From: Symploca sp. SIO1C2
GTDB lineage: Bacteria > Cyanobacteriota > Cyanobacteriia > Cyanobacteriales > Coleofasciculaceae
DNA length: 28,984 bases
Assembly: GCA_010672925.1 (NCBI GenBank)
Contig: JAAHFP010000026.1
Location: 64,001 to 92,984, forward strand
Direction of reading: 5' to 3'
The notes beneath the pieces were generated by a model. It did no database searches, was not told where the DNA came from, and worked only from the letters and a program-made list of their open reading frames with translations. This document shows positions 8,206 to 16,529 of this stretch, piece by piece (the first letter of the stretch is position 1; each line of letters begins with the position of its first letter). A program made the position numbers and the translations under genes.

Positions 8206-9105
8206 TCAATCTCTTCCCTTCTGCATTCTGCCCTCTGCCTTCTGCCTTTTGCTATATCTGTCAATCCAATTTAGCAGTACCACTAACATAACCAACATAC
8301 CCGCAGAATAAATATCGCCTCCCCAGGAGTCGTGTAGCCAATGAAATGCATCATCTCTACCAGTGCCATAAAAGAAAGTAAGAAAAGAATTGCGGACGAT
8401 ATTAGCACTAACGCTGATAAAAATTGCCCCCAAGAAAAACAGGGTTGTCTTCTGGGCTGACTTCCAGGTACCCATCCAGTAAACTAATATCAAGCCTACA
8501 TAGAGGTTAGTAAACAACATTTTCAGTCCTGCACAGTGAGGAGCTACTTCGACAACTCGTCCCCCAACTAACAAGTTAATCCCACTAACAGTAACATCCA
8601 TCCCCAAATGAGTGAGTAAAAAGCCTGCTACACCGGCAATAAATCTTTGTAAGGGTAAGATATAAGGTGAAATTAGGTAGGGAACTGCGGTTGGTGTAGC
8701 TAAAAATATCAGTAGTAGTGGAAAACTTTGCAGCTTCAAGCCAGGAATACCTTTAAACCATAAGCAAAGACCAACTAATAACAGAGGAAAGGATAAGTTG
8801 ACTAGTTCTGATTGACCAGTTAAATAAAATAGCCCTCCTAATACCAGTAATGCAATACCCAGAGGATGGGTAGTACTTGGCAACTGATGCCACTGCTGCC
8901 GATTTTTCCAAGAGAGATAGGCGGCAAAAGGTATGCCAATCAAGCCATGACTAAAGTATTCATGCTCCAGGCTGATGGATTTGTTGAGCCAGCCATCACA
9001 CCAGTGGATGAGTAAAGGTGTATACAGAATTACCAGCAAAGCAAGGAGCAATCCGTCGAATAAGTAGCGCTCAAGGGCAAGGGGAATTTTGCTGCGATAT
9101 TGCAT
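8206..9105 (-). CDS. Exosortase-family integral membrane protein (cyanoexosortase-like)
   Basis: The protein has about 8 TM helices, a conserved Cys in VEVAPHCAGLKMLF, a downstream NIVRNSF Arg and a His. This pattern is characteristic of exosortase/EpsH. An AGGAG RBS lies 8 nt upstream of the ATG. Confidence 0.55.
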   Translation of the reverse strand: MQYRSKIPLALERYLFDGLLLALLVILYTPLLIHWCDGWLNKSISLEHEYFSHGLIGIPFAAYLSWKNRQQWHQLPSTTHPLGIALLVLGGLFYLTGQSELVNLSFPLLLVGLCLWFKGIPGLKLQSFPLLLIFLATPTAVPYLISPYILPLQRFIAGVAGFLLTHLGMDVTVSGINLLVGGRVVEVAPHCAGLKMLFTNLYVGLILVYWMGTWKSAQKTTLFFLGAIFISVSANIVRNSFLTFFYGTGRDDAFHWLHDSWGGDIYSAGMLVMLVVLLNWIDRYSKRQKAEGRMQKGRD

Positions 9106-9132
9106 AATGTTTCTCCTGAAATTTAGCTTCCT

Positions 9133-9200
9133 GGGATTGGGCGTAGCATTTGGATTGATATACTTGGGTATAGGTACTTCAATTATTGCCCAAATGCTAC
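9133..9200. repeat. Inverted-repeat element copy 1: GGGCGTAGCATTTGG - 35 nt - CCAAATGCTACACCC
   Basis: The 15-bp arms are nearly perfectly complementary. Sister copies with the same arms lie at 23193..23260 and 26484..26556. This copy is in the 3' flank of the aminotransferase gene. Confidence 0.8.
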
Positions 9201-9204
9201 ACCC

Positions 9205-10359
9205 CTACAGTTTGCCAAAAGTGATTCTTTTGAGGGAATCAACAACGTGAGTGATTTGAGCTGAGCTTATACCCGGATACATAGGTAGAGACAAAATTTC
9301 CTGGGAAAGAGTTTCGGCGTTGGGAAAGTCCCCCTTTTTATACCCCAAATATCGGTAAGCGGGTTGGAGATGACAGGGAGTGGGATAGTGAATACCGGAT
9401 TGAATCCCTGAGGCGGTAAGTTGATCTTGGATAGTCTGCCTATCTAGAGGACAAGCTGCACTGACTCGAATGACGTAAAGATGATATATGTGACCAGTAG
9501 CACTCTGATTTTGGATAGGGAAAATACCTTGGGATTGTAACGGCTCTAGGAGGGTATCATACTCTTTAGCTGCTGAGTTTCGGGATTGATTCCACTGGTC
9601 TAAATAGGGTAGCTTGACATTGAGAACCGCTGCTTGCAGAGTATCTAAGCGACTGTTAGTACCAACATCGGTGTGTAAATACTTTTTAGGTGCTCCGTAA
9701 TTACGTAGCGATCGCACTTTTTCTGCTACGGTAGCATCCTTGGTAAGTACTATGCCCCCACTACCAAAAGCTCCCAAGTTTTTACTGGGGTAAAAGCTAA
9801 AAGCAGCTGCCTTGCCAATCGAGCCTGCAATATAACCTTCCCTTTGAGCCAAGTGAGCTTGAGCTGCATCTTCAAAAATCAATAAGTCGTGAGCATCAGC
9901 TAATGCCAATAACTGGCTTGGGGAAACCATCTGACCATACAGATGTACTGGTAAAATTGCCTTAGTTTTACCAGTAATCGCTTTTTGAGCAGCTTTGAGG
10001 TCGATGAGGGCAGTATTGGGGTCACAATCCACTAAAATAGGGATTGCACCAGTTTGCATCACACCAATCAGGGTAGCAATAAAGGTATTAGTAGGTAAAA
10101 TTACTTCGTCTCCGACACCAATACCACAGGCTTGTAATCCCAGAGTGATCGCGCTAGTTCCAGAACTCACCCCAATACCGTAGTCTACACCACAAGCCCT
10201 AGCAAATGCAGCTTCAAAATCTGCTACTGCTTTACCTAAGATAAAGTCTCCTTGCTGAACTACTTTTTGGATTGCTTGTTGCAGTTGAGCTTGTATGGGT
10301 TGGTGTTGCAGCTTGAAATCTACAAAGGGAATTGTTGTTTGTTGTTTGTCATTTGTCAT
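9205..10359 (-). CDS. DegT/DnrJ/EryC1/StrS family PLP-dependent sugar aminotransferase
   Basis: The N-terminus carries the FILG-AV-FE-FA family pattern (GDFILGKAVADFEAAFARA) and a SSGTSAI block. The PLP-lysine region is FSFYPSKNLGA. The start codon lies inside an STRR array. Confidence 0.8.
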   Translation of the reverse strand: MTNDKQQTTIPFVDFKLQHQPIQAQLQQAIQKVVQQGDFILGKAVADFEAAFARACGVDYGIGVSSGTSAITLGLQACGIGVGDEVILPTNTFIATLIGVMQTGAIPILVDCDPNTALIDLKAAQKAITGKTKAILPVHLYGQMVSPSQLLALADAHDLLIFEDAAQAHLAQREGYIAGSIGKAAAFSFYPSKNLGAFGSGGIVLTKDATVAEKVRSLRNYGAPKKYLHTDVGTNSRLDTLQAAVLNVKLPYLDQWNQSRNSAAKEYDTLLEPLQSQGIFPIQNQSATGHIYHLYVIRVSAACPLDRQTIQDQLTASGIQSGIHYPTPCHLQPAYRYLGYKKGDFPNAETLSQEILSLPMYPGISSAQITHVVDSLKRITFGKL

Positions 10360-10413
10360 TTGTCATTTGTTGTTTGGGAATGAGGAATGAGGAATTGAGA
10401 ATTGGGAATTGGG
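10332..10413. repeat. Composite STRR block: (TTGTTTG)n-(TTTGTCA)n-TTTGTTGTTTGG-(GAATKRG)n
   Basis: Heptamer periodicity is read directly. The same composite arrangement recurs at 28688..28795. Confidence 0.85.
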
Positions 10414-10497
10414 TGTTTTTCTTCACCTCCATCTGCTTGTCTTCCTTGTCTCACCATTCCCCAGTCCCCCGCCTCCCCAAACAATTTTTACTTTCTG

Positions 10498-10995
10498 TTA
10501 GAATTTTTCTACGCCCCATCCTGGAGCTTCCTGGGCTGCTCTGAGAACAAATGCTGCTAATTTTTCTATTGTTTCCTGGGGCATCCAATATTCTGTAACT
10601 TCCCGACACCAATAGGTATCTTCGCTACCATCATAGGTCATTGGTTGCCTTAGAAAATTTACTATGCCGTTGATGTTATCACGAGGTGGTGAGGCACCAG
10701 CTAAAGTATCTAGAGCTAGAGATACTGGGGGAAATGGTAAGGTTTCTCCCCCAACGTGACAATTCAAACAATTTTTCTCAAATAGCTCTTTGCCAGTGGA
10801 CAGATCCTCTTCAGAGAAGAGCTTGGTATTACCCTGTTTATCCATATCTAGAGAGATTGGATCTGTAGCTTTAAGATAACGTCTAACATATTTGTCTACA
10901 TCAGCATGGGCAGGGGCACTGATGCTCAAGAAACTGAACACTGCAATCAAGGTGATAATTAGATAGCGAATTGATAATAATCGACGAGGCAACAT
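10498..10995 (-). CDS. psbV2: Cytochrome c-550-like protein PsbV2
   Basis: The protein has a CxxCH motif (CLNCH), a PPRDNI block and PsbV-like spacing. It has a signal peptide and lies immediately downstream of psbV on the same strand. I chose the start at Met22 of the supplied ORF; the upstream alternatives at 11031 or 11058 remain possible. Confidence 0.65.
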   Translation of the reverse strand: MLPRRLLSIRYLIITLIAVFSFLSISAPAHADVDKYVRRYLKATDPISLDMDKQGNTKLFSEEDLSTGKELFEKNCLNCHVGGETLPFPPVSLALDTLAGASPPRDNINGIVNFLRQPMTYDGSEDTYWCREVTEYWMPQETIEKLAAFVLRAAQEAPGWGVEKF

Positions 10996-11160
10996 TAGAT
11001 ATTGAAAATAATGGTGAATTGGGAGCAGCATAGTTGGTAGTTCTTCTAGGTTCAACACTCAGAAGTTAATTTATAATAGAAGGACCATCCGACTTTGCCG
11101 CTCCCTGTGAACATCGCAGGTTTTGCCAACGGACAAAATCCTAGCCAGAGAAAGCAAAGA

Positions 11161-11649
11161 TTACCGTAGGGATTTCGGACCGCCCCAAGCAGGACCCTTA
11201 ACTTTAGGCATCAAGAGAATATGACCAGATATAGCATAGAGGTCTTCTTCCGAAAGATTTCTCATCTCTGGAAAAATATCAGCACTCTTAATACTGGGGT
11301 GGAATTCACTGATTTCAATTTCCCCATCATAGGTAGTGGGATTGTTTAGGTAATCTATCAGATTGACAATGTTGTCTCGCGGTGGTAGAGCTCCAGATAA
11401 AGCCTCTGGACTAAGGCCTACATTAGGATTGGTTTTAGTGACACCTTGAGCATGACATTGAGCACAAGTATCAACAAAAAGGCGTTTGCCTTTCTTTACT
11501 TGTGTCAGCTCAAGTAAAGCTGTGTCCCCTTGTTCATTTAACTTCACCGTGCGGACTTCAGGGGGAAGTTCAATTGCCGCTGCAGTGCCAACTGCGAGTT
11601 GCAAGGCAAAAAACACAGTGGCTACAGCCAACAATATGAGTCGCTTCAT
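11161..11649 (-). CDS. psbV: Photosystem II cytochrome c-550 PsbV
   Basis: The motifs are CAQCH, LPPRDNI, NNPTTYDGE and HPSIKSADIFPEMRNLSEEDLYAISGHIL, all characteristic of PsbV. It has a signal peptide and is 162 aa. Confidence 0.85.
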   Translation of the reverse strand: MKRLILLAVATVFFALQLAVGTAAAIELPPEVRTVKLNEQGDTALLELTQVKKGKRLFVDTCAQCHAQGVTKTNPNVGLSPEALSGALPPRDNIVNLIDYLNNPTTYDGEIEISEFHPSIKSADIFPEMRNLSEEDLYAISGHILLMPKVKGPAWGGPKSLR

Positions 11650-11795
11650 TCTTGATTCTCCTCAAAAATTTGTCTTATTATTGAAGTCTCCCGCTGTAAA
11701 CAGACGGGAATTCGTTAAGAGTAAAGTTAACTGGCTAACTCTCGCTCAAGATTTTACCAAGTTTTGGATGCTCAACATAGCGCTGACATAAAGTT

Positions 11796-11857
11796 GGAGA
11801 GTTGAGGGAGCTGGGGGAGTTAGGGGAGCTGAGGGAGCTGAGGGAGTTGGGGGAGCT
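11796..11857. repeat. Short internal copy (about 7 units) of the GGAGCTGAG-type nonamer array
   Basis: The sequence reads ggagagttgagggagctgggggagttaggggagctgagggagctgagggagttgggggagct, in the psbV upstream region. Confidence 0.85.
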
Positions 11858-11929
11858 ATTACCAAGCAACATTGGGAGAGTTCTGTGTAGCATTTTTTTT
11901 TCCACTTCCTATGGCAGAATTGGAGAGTA

Positions 11930-12265
11930 ATGCCAGCCAAAAGTGACCAAATGCCCAAGCAGCCAACAGAATTACACCTGCGCCCTTTAGCTCCTTACGA
12001 AGACAGATTGCTGGCAGCGTTGGCGTTTTTCCGAACCCAGAGAAAGGCGGCAACCCAGGCTCATCATTGTTTGGCCATGTATCTGCGACAGTCCGAGAGT
12101 CGGATTATGAGCGAAGTGGACTTTTATGCTGAACTGTCGGGATTAGGCAAATTGGAGCTACTTGAACTTATTTACACCGATCCGGATAAAGCAGAAACCC
12201 TGATTGAGCAAGCGGCTGGGGTAGGGGTTAAGGACACTTTTGAAGAAGTCAAGAGTAACGAGTAA
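11930..12265 (+). CDS. Hypothetical protein (111 aa)
   Basis: The ORF has a GGAGAG Shine-Dalgarno about 4 nt upstream of the ATG. It has no recognisable motif. The last codons run into a GTAACGA x2 repeat. Confidence 0.45.
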   Translation: MPAKSDQMPKQPTELHLRPLAPYEDRLLAALAFFRTQRKAATQAHHCLAMYLRQSESRIMSEVDFYAELSGLGKLELLELIYTDPDKAETLIEQAAGVGVKDTFEEVKSNE

Positions 12266-12281
12266 CGAGTGCCTGACGGCG

Positions 12282-12313
12282 AATTCAAAATTCAAAATTC
12301 AAAATTCAAAATT
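12282..12313. repeat. (AATTCAA)n heptamer array
   Basis: Direct reading gives aattcaaaattcaaaattcaaaattcaaaatt. Confidence 0.85.
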
Positions 12314-12566
12314 TGCCTCGCTTTGCTCACCATGCTACGCAAACAAAATTGATGAATCTCCGAAAAAGAATTTATCCTAATTCATGCAGTAAACCCTACA
12401 TACAACCTAACATCTAACAATTGCCCTGAACTTGCGTAACCGGCAAAGAAAAGAATGATAGCTACTATAGCGATGGTGAGCAGAGTGCAAAACTCATCTT
12501 CTGAGTAGTTCCTTTCTCGCTGCTCCGAAGCTCCCTTGCTGCTCTTTGTAGCGAATATTAAGGGGA

Positions 12567-14750
12567 TTGAATCTTATGACGCCCATCAAGCGACGACAGT
12601 TCTTACAGTTTAGCGGGTCGGTGCTGGCAACTATTGGTATGAGCCTATTACCATACCAAAAGAGCGATCGCTTGGCTAGTGCTGGTGGAAATAAACCTCG
12701 CAAACTAGCGTTGCTGGTGGGAATTAATCATTATAACTATAGCGATCGCTTTGTTAATCTGAAAGGATGTATCACTGATGTGGAATTGCAGCGACAGTTG
12801 CTGATTCATCGCTATGGCTTTCACCCTCAAGATATTCTTACCCTGACTAATGCTCAAGCAACTCGCCAAGCTATTATTAAAAGTTTTGAGGAGCATTTAA
12901 TCGCCCAAGCAAAGCCAGCAGATGTGGTGGTATTTCACTTTTCGGGACACGGTATTCGTTTAACTGACTCTGACTGTGGTGCAGTCAATTGCTTCACTAG
13001 TACCCTCGTGCCTGGAGATAGTCAAGTAAACTTCGATGGTTCTGTCTCAAGCATCACCCAAGATACCCTTTGGCTGTTGATGGCAACACTGAAGACGGAA
13101 AATGTTACTTTGGTGCTTGATACCAATTATGCTGGTTGGGGTAGAGATGAAACCTTGCCTGCTGGTGCTGCGGTTCAACTTCAGGTAAGTGCCGAGGAAA
13201 AAGCCTATCAACAGCAATGTTTAGCGCGGTTGGGGTTATCTCCAGCAGAGTTTATCCACCGGAGTCAAGCTGGAATTCCTAAGGGAGTAGTAATTGCGGC
13301 AGGAGGAAACAATCAACTGTCAGCAGAACTACCTTTTAGCAACTTTCATGCTGGAGTGTTTACTTATCTGATGACACAGCATCTGTGGCAACAAACGGGA
13401 AAGGAACGGGTAGAAAGTGCGCTCGCCAATATTACTCGCTCTGTGGTACAACTTTCTACTACAGATCAAGTGCCACAATTGGCAGTTAAACCCAACTATC
13501 CTAATCAAGAGCAACCTACTTATTTTCTTGAGCCCCAGACACCTCCTGCTGAAGCCGTAATTACTAAAGTTGAAGGTAAGCAGGTAGAGTTATGGCTTGG
13601 TGGTCTTCAACCGAAGATTCTATCGGCCTTTGCTGAAGGTTCTTTACTAGCGATCATAGATCAAGCAAATCAGGAGCAAGGGCTAGTACAGTTGGAATCT
13701 CGCCAAGGCTTGGTGGGAAAAGGTAAAGTTTTGGCCGCATCTCCTCATGCTCTCCAACCAGGAGCTTTACTGCAAGAGCGAGTGCGGGGAATTCCTAAAA
13801 ATTTGACTTTACGTATTGCTATTGATCCATCCCTGGGGAAAGACCAAACAAGGGCAAAACAAGCTTTACAAGGAATCAAAGGTATCGAAGTCTTATCGCT
13901 ACAACTAGGGGAAGTTGATTATCTCCTCAGCCGTATGACTGCCCAGCATCGGCAAGAATTAGTTTCTTCACCAGAAGCAACTCTCCCACCTGTGGGTAGT
14001 ATTGGTTTATTTTCCCCAAAGCAGAAGTTAGTTCCCGACTCCTTCGGTGCCCCGGAGGAAACGATACAAGATGCAGTTATTCGCCTCCGGGCTAAACTCA
14101 AGTCTTTATTAGCAGTCCGCTTGGTAAAATTAGCACTCAATAGCAATTCATCCCGGTTGCAAGTGGCAACAACCCTAACTTTAGAGGGTGATGAACAAGC
14201 AGTAATTGATGAAGCTGTTGCAATTCGGGGTATGAACAGGAATTTAACCCAAAACCAAGCTACCAGTGCTCGACTCTATAACACTCCTACTATTAGACCA
14301 GGGCAACATGTTCAATTTCACTTTACTAATAATGAATCCTGTGAACTTTATTGCTCGATTCTGGTGATTGGTTCCAGCGCAGAAATGGTAGTTCTGTTTC
14401 CAAATCAATGGACAGCAGTAGAGGATATTATGCGAGTTGAAGCTCAGCAAACCCTCCGAGTGCCTGAAGTCGGCAAAGATAATTTCCACTTTGTTACTCA
14501 AGGACCTCCTGGAGTATTAGAGTTACTTATTATCGCCAGCAGTAAGCCACTGCGCAATACTCTTCAAGCACTGCGGAGAATTGCTTCTAGCCAAGGAACA
14601 AGGAGCGGACCAATTGCTGCCCAGGAACCGGAAGATATAATAGGCAGTTTACTTGATGACTTGGACACACAAGAAAGAGGTAACTCCAGCATTCACCGCC
14701 TTGATCTTACTCAGCTAGCAGTAATGTCGATCTCCCTTGAAGTAGTCTGA
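12567..14750 (+). CDS. Tat-signal caspase-domain (peptidase C14, orthocaspase-like) protein with substituted catalytic Cys and DUF4384-like C-terminal domain
   Basis: A twin-arginine motif (KRRQFLQF) is followed by a hydrophobic stretch. The p20-like region has LLVGINHY and a retained His in FHFSGHG. The Cys box reads VLDTNYAG where D-x-C-H-S-G is expected. The C-terminal block CELYCSILVIGSSAEMVVLFPNQW resembles DUF4384. An AAGGGGA RBS precedes the ATG. Confidence 0.75.
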   Translation: MNLMTPIKRRQFLQFSGSVLATIGMSLLPYQKSDRLASAGGNKPRKLALLVGINHYNYSDRFVNLKGCITDVELQRQLLIHRYGFHPQDILTLTNAQATRQAIIKSFEEHLIAQAKPADVVVFHFSGHGIRLTDSDCGAVNCFTSTLVPGDSQVNFDGSVSSITQDTLWLLMATLKTENVTLVLDTNYAGWGRDETLPAGAAVQLQVSAEEKAYQQQCLARLGLSPAEFIHRSQAGIPKGVVIAAGGNNQLSAELPFSNFHAGVFTYLMTQHLWQQTGKERVESALANITRSVVQLSTTDQVPQLAVKPNYPNQEQPTYFLEPQTPPAEAVITKVEGKQVELWLGGLQPKILSAFAEGSLLAIIDQANQEQGLVQLESRQGLVGKGKVLAASPHALQPGALLQERVRGIPKNLTLRIAIDPSLGKDQTRAKQALQGIKGIEVLSLQLGEVDYLLSRMTAQHRQELVSSPEATLPPVGSIGLFSPKQKLVPDSFGAPEETIQDAVIRLRAKLKSLLAVRLVKLALNSNSSRLQVATTLTLEGDEQAVIDEAVAIRGMNRNLTQNQATSARLYNTPTIRPGQHVQFHFTNNESCELYCSILVIGSSAEMVVLFPNQWTAVEDIMRVEAQQTLRVPEVGKDNFHFVTQGPPGVLELLIIASSKPLRNTLQALRRIASSQGTRSGPIAAQEPEDIIGSLLDDLDTQERGNSSIHRLDLTQLAVMSISLEVV

Positions 14751-14755
14751 TATCA

Positions 14756-14867
14756 AGGCAGGAGGCAGGAGGCAGGGGGTGAGCGAAAAAAAGGGTGGGG
14801 AGCAGAGGAGCAGAGGAGCAGAGGAGCGGAGGAGCAGAGGAGCAGAGGAGCGGAGGAGCGGAGGGAG
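14756..14867. repeat. (GGAGGCA)n then (GGAGCAG/GGAGCGG)n heptamer arrays
   Basis: Read directly, in the convergent intergenic space between the caspase-domain gene and cysK. Confidence 0.85.
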
Positions 14868-14886
14868 AAGGGAGAACTGATAATTT

Positions 14887-14975
14887 TTGGATACAAAGCT
14901 CAAGAAATCCCACCCAAAATTTCGTTCACCCGAAGGCAGGAGGATTCAAGGGAAGCTGATTTGTTTCTTATCTTC
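14887..14975 (+). repeat. Dispersed repeat module (copy 2). The 5' part matches 384..436. The 3' part AAGGGAAGCTGATTTGTTTCTTATCTTC matches 18843..18871
   Basis: There is an exact 37-bp match to 384..420. A 28-bp near-identical block is shared with the 18.8-kb locus. The GAAATCCCAC...TTCGTTCACCC segment is found inverted at 18883..18908. Confidence 0.8.
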
Positions 14976-14995
14976 ATTTTTAGACGTGAAATTTA

Positions 14996-15033
14996 TCCAA
15001 TTCCCAATTCCCAATTCCCAATTCCCAATTCCC
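14996..15033. repeat. (CAATTCC)n heptamer array
   Basis: The sequence reads ccaattcccaattcccaattcccaattcccaattccc. The reverse-complement type (GGGAATTG)n occurs at 10401..10413, 24521..24556 and 28771..28792. Confidence 0.85.
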
Positions 15034-15058
15034 TACCTCGTTAGACGCTCATTACTAA

Positions 15059-16012
15059 TTAACTTTGCCACACCACTAAATCTTGAAACAGAGGAGTACT
15101 GAGGTAACGCTCTCCAAAACTGGGCTGAATCATCACAATAAGGCGTCCGGTATTTTCTTGACGCTGAGCTAATTTGATTGCAGCAGCTAGAGCAGCTCCT
15201 GTGGAAATTCCTGAGAGGATGCCTTCTTCCCTAGCTAAACGACGACCATAAGCGATCGCATCTTGATCGCTAACGGTAATTACTTCATCGATAAGTTTAA
15301 CATTAAGGACTTCGGGAATAAAACCTGCACCAATACCTTGAATTTTATGGGCTCCAGGCTCTCCTCCAGATAGGACTGGGCTATTGGTAGGTTCAACAGC
15401 GATCGCTTTTAACCCTGGCTTTTTTTGTTTGAGTACTTCTGCCACTCCTGTAATCGTACCACCAGTTCCCACACCGGCTACCACTATATCCACTTGTCCA
15501 TCCGTATCTTGCCAAATTTCCTGGGCAGTTGTCTGTCGATGAATCTCTGGGTTAGCTGGGTTGCGAAACTGCTGTAGCATGTAGGCATTGGGGGTTGTAT
15601 CCACTATTTCCTGTGCCTTTTGGATCGCGCCTTTGATGCCGTCGCTACCGGGAGTTAATTCCAACTTAGCGCCATAAGCTTGCAACATGGCTCGTCGCTC
15701 TAGGCTCATCGTTTCTGGCATTGTTAAAATTAGCTGATAGCCTTTAGCTGCTGCCGCCATTGCTAGGGCAATCCCCGTATTTCCTGATGTTGGTTCAACT
15801 AAAACCGTTTTGCCTGGACTAATTAGCTCCTCTTTTTCTGCTGCACTAATCATATGTACCCCAATCCGGTCTTTAACTGAGGCAGCGGGATTCATTCCTT
15901 CTAGTTTGACCAAAATTTGAGCAACACAGCCTTCTGATTGAGGGATAGAGTTTAATTTAACCAGAGGAGTTTTACCCACCAGTTCCGTGATATTGTTCGC
16001 AACGTGCATCAA
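15059..16012 (-). CDS. cysK: Cysteine synthase A (O-acetylserine sulfhydrylase)
   Basis: The PLP-lysine motif is NPAASVKDR, the glycine-rich loops are GTGGT and SSG, and the protein is 317 aa. Confidence 0.85.
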   Translation of the reverse strand: MMHVANNITELVGKTPLVKLNSIPQSEGCVAQILVKLEGMNPAASVKDRIGVHMISAAEKEELISPGKTVLVEPTSGNTGIALAMAAAAKGYQLILTMPETMSLERRAMLQAYGAKLELTPGSDGIKGAIQKAQEIVDTTPNAYMLQQFRNPANPEIHRQTTAQEIWQDTDGQVDIVVAGVGTGGTITGVAEVLKQKKPGLKAIAVEPTNSPVLSGGEPGAHKIQGIGAGFIPEVLNVKLIDEVITVSDQDAIAYGRRLAREEGILSGISTGAALAAAIKLAQRQENTGRLIVMIQPSFGERYLSTPLFQDLVVWQS

Positions 16013-16502
16013 CCTGTTCCTTTCGTAAAGAGCGACAATCTTAAAGTTAACTTGTGAGGGTCGTTATTGGTTATTTGTCATTTGTCAATTAGTCTATGCT
16101 ATCCATAAATGGGGATATTCTTCCTCCAGACCACAGCTTCCCCATCAGTGTTCAGTAGAAGTAGCCAGTTTTGCTTCGATTTAGTCACAAATCTTCACAA
16201 AATGAAATACTCCTGATGCCGGAAGCAATCTTCAACACCCCAGAACCCCGACTTCTTCAAAAAGTCGGGGTTCTCAAAAAAACATATGAAATCTTCAATT
16301 TAAACCGTGAAAGTTCTCCTTTGCCCAGTTGCTCCAACTGTTAAAATAGGGAAGAAAAGAAGATGCTTTCGTTGGTTGGATAGAGTGCTAGCTCTACTCA
16401 ACAAAGTAGCTTTAGCTTTGTTGCGCTACTACTAAGATTAAATCTACCTGAATACTCATCATGTTTAGACCAACCCCCCCAACTCCCTTACCGGCAAGGG
16501 AA

Positions 16503-16529
16503 GGGGGAGCAGAAAAGTCCCCCTTTTTT
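16503..16529 (+). terminator. Putative rho-independent terminator on the + strand inside the 0.8-kb cysK/cyclase divergent intergenic region
   Basis: The stem GGGGGA/TCCCCC has a 9-nt loop and is followed by a TTTTTT run. No annotated + strand ORF lies upstream, which suggests a small transcript or a leader. Confidence 0.4.

Noticed and set aside
10332-10544. Listed ORFs lying inside short tandem repeat arrays: 10332..10544, 14707..14913, 14715..14903, 14887..15102, 28360..28794 and 11746..11958
   Set aside because: Their translations are low-complexity products of heptamer or nonamer periodicity, such as CHLSFVICCL or SSAPLLLRSSAPLLL. They have no RBS or recognisable domain, so they are repeat artefacts rather than genes.
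16244-16274. The 11-bp perfect hairpin GAACCCCGACT/AGTCGGGGTTC as an intrinsic terminator
   Set aside because: On the + strand it is followed by an A-run, not a U-run. On the - strand the T-run precedes the stem rather than following it. It is kept only as a structural element in the intergenic finding, not called a terminator.
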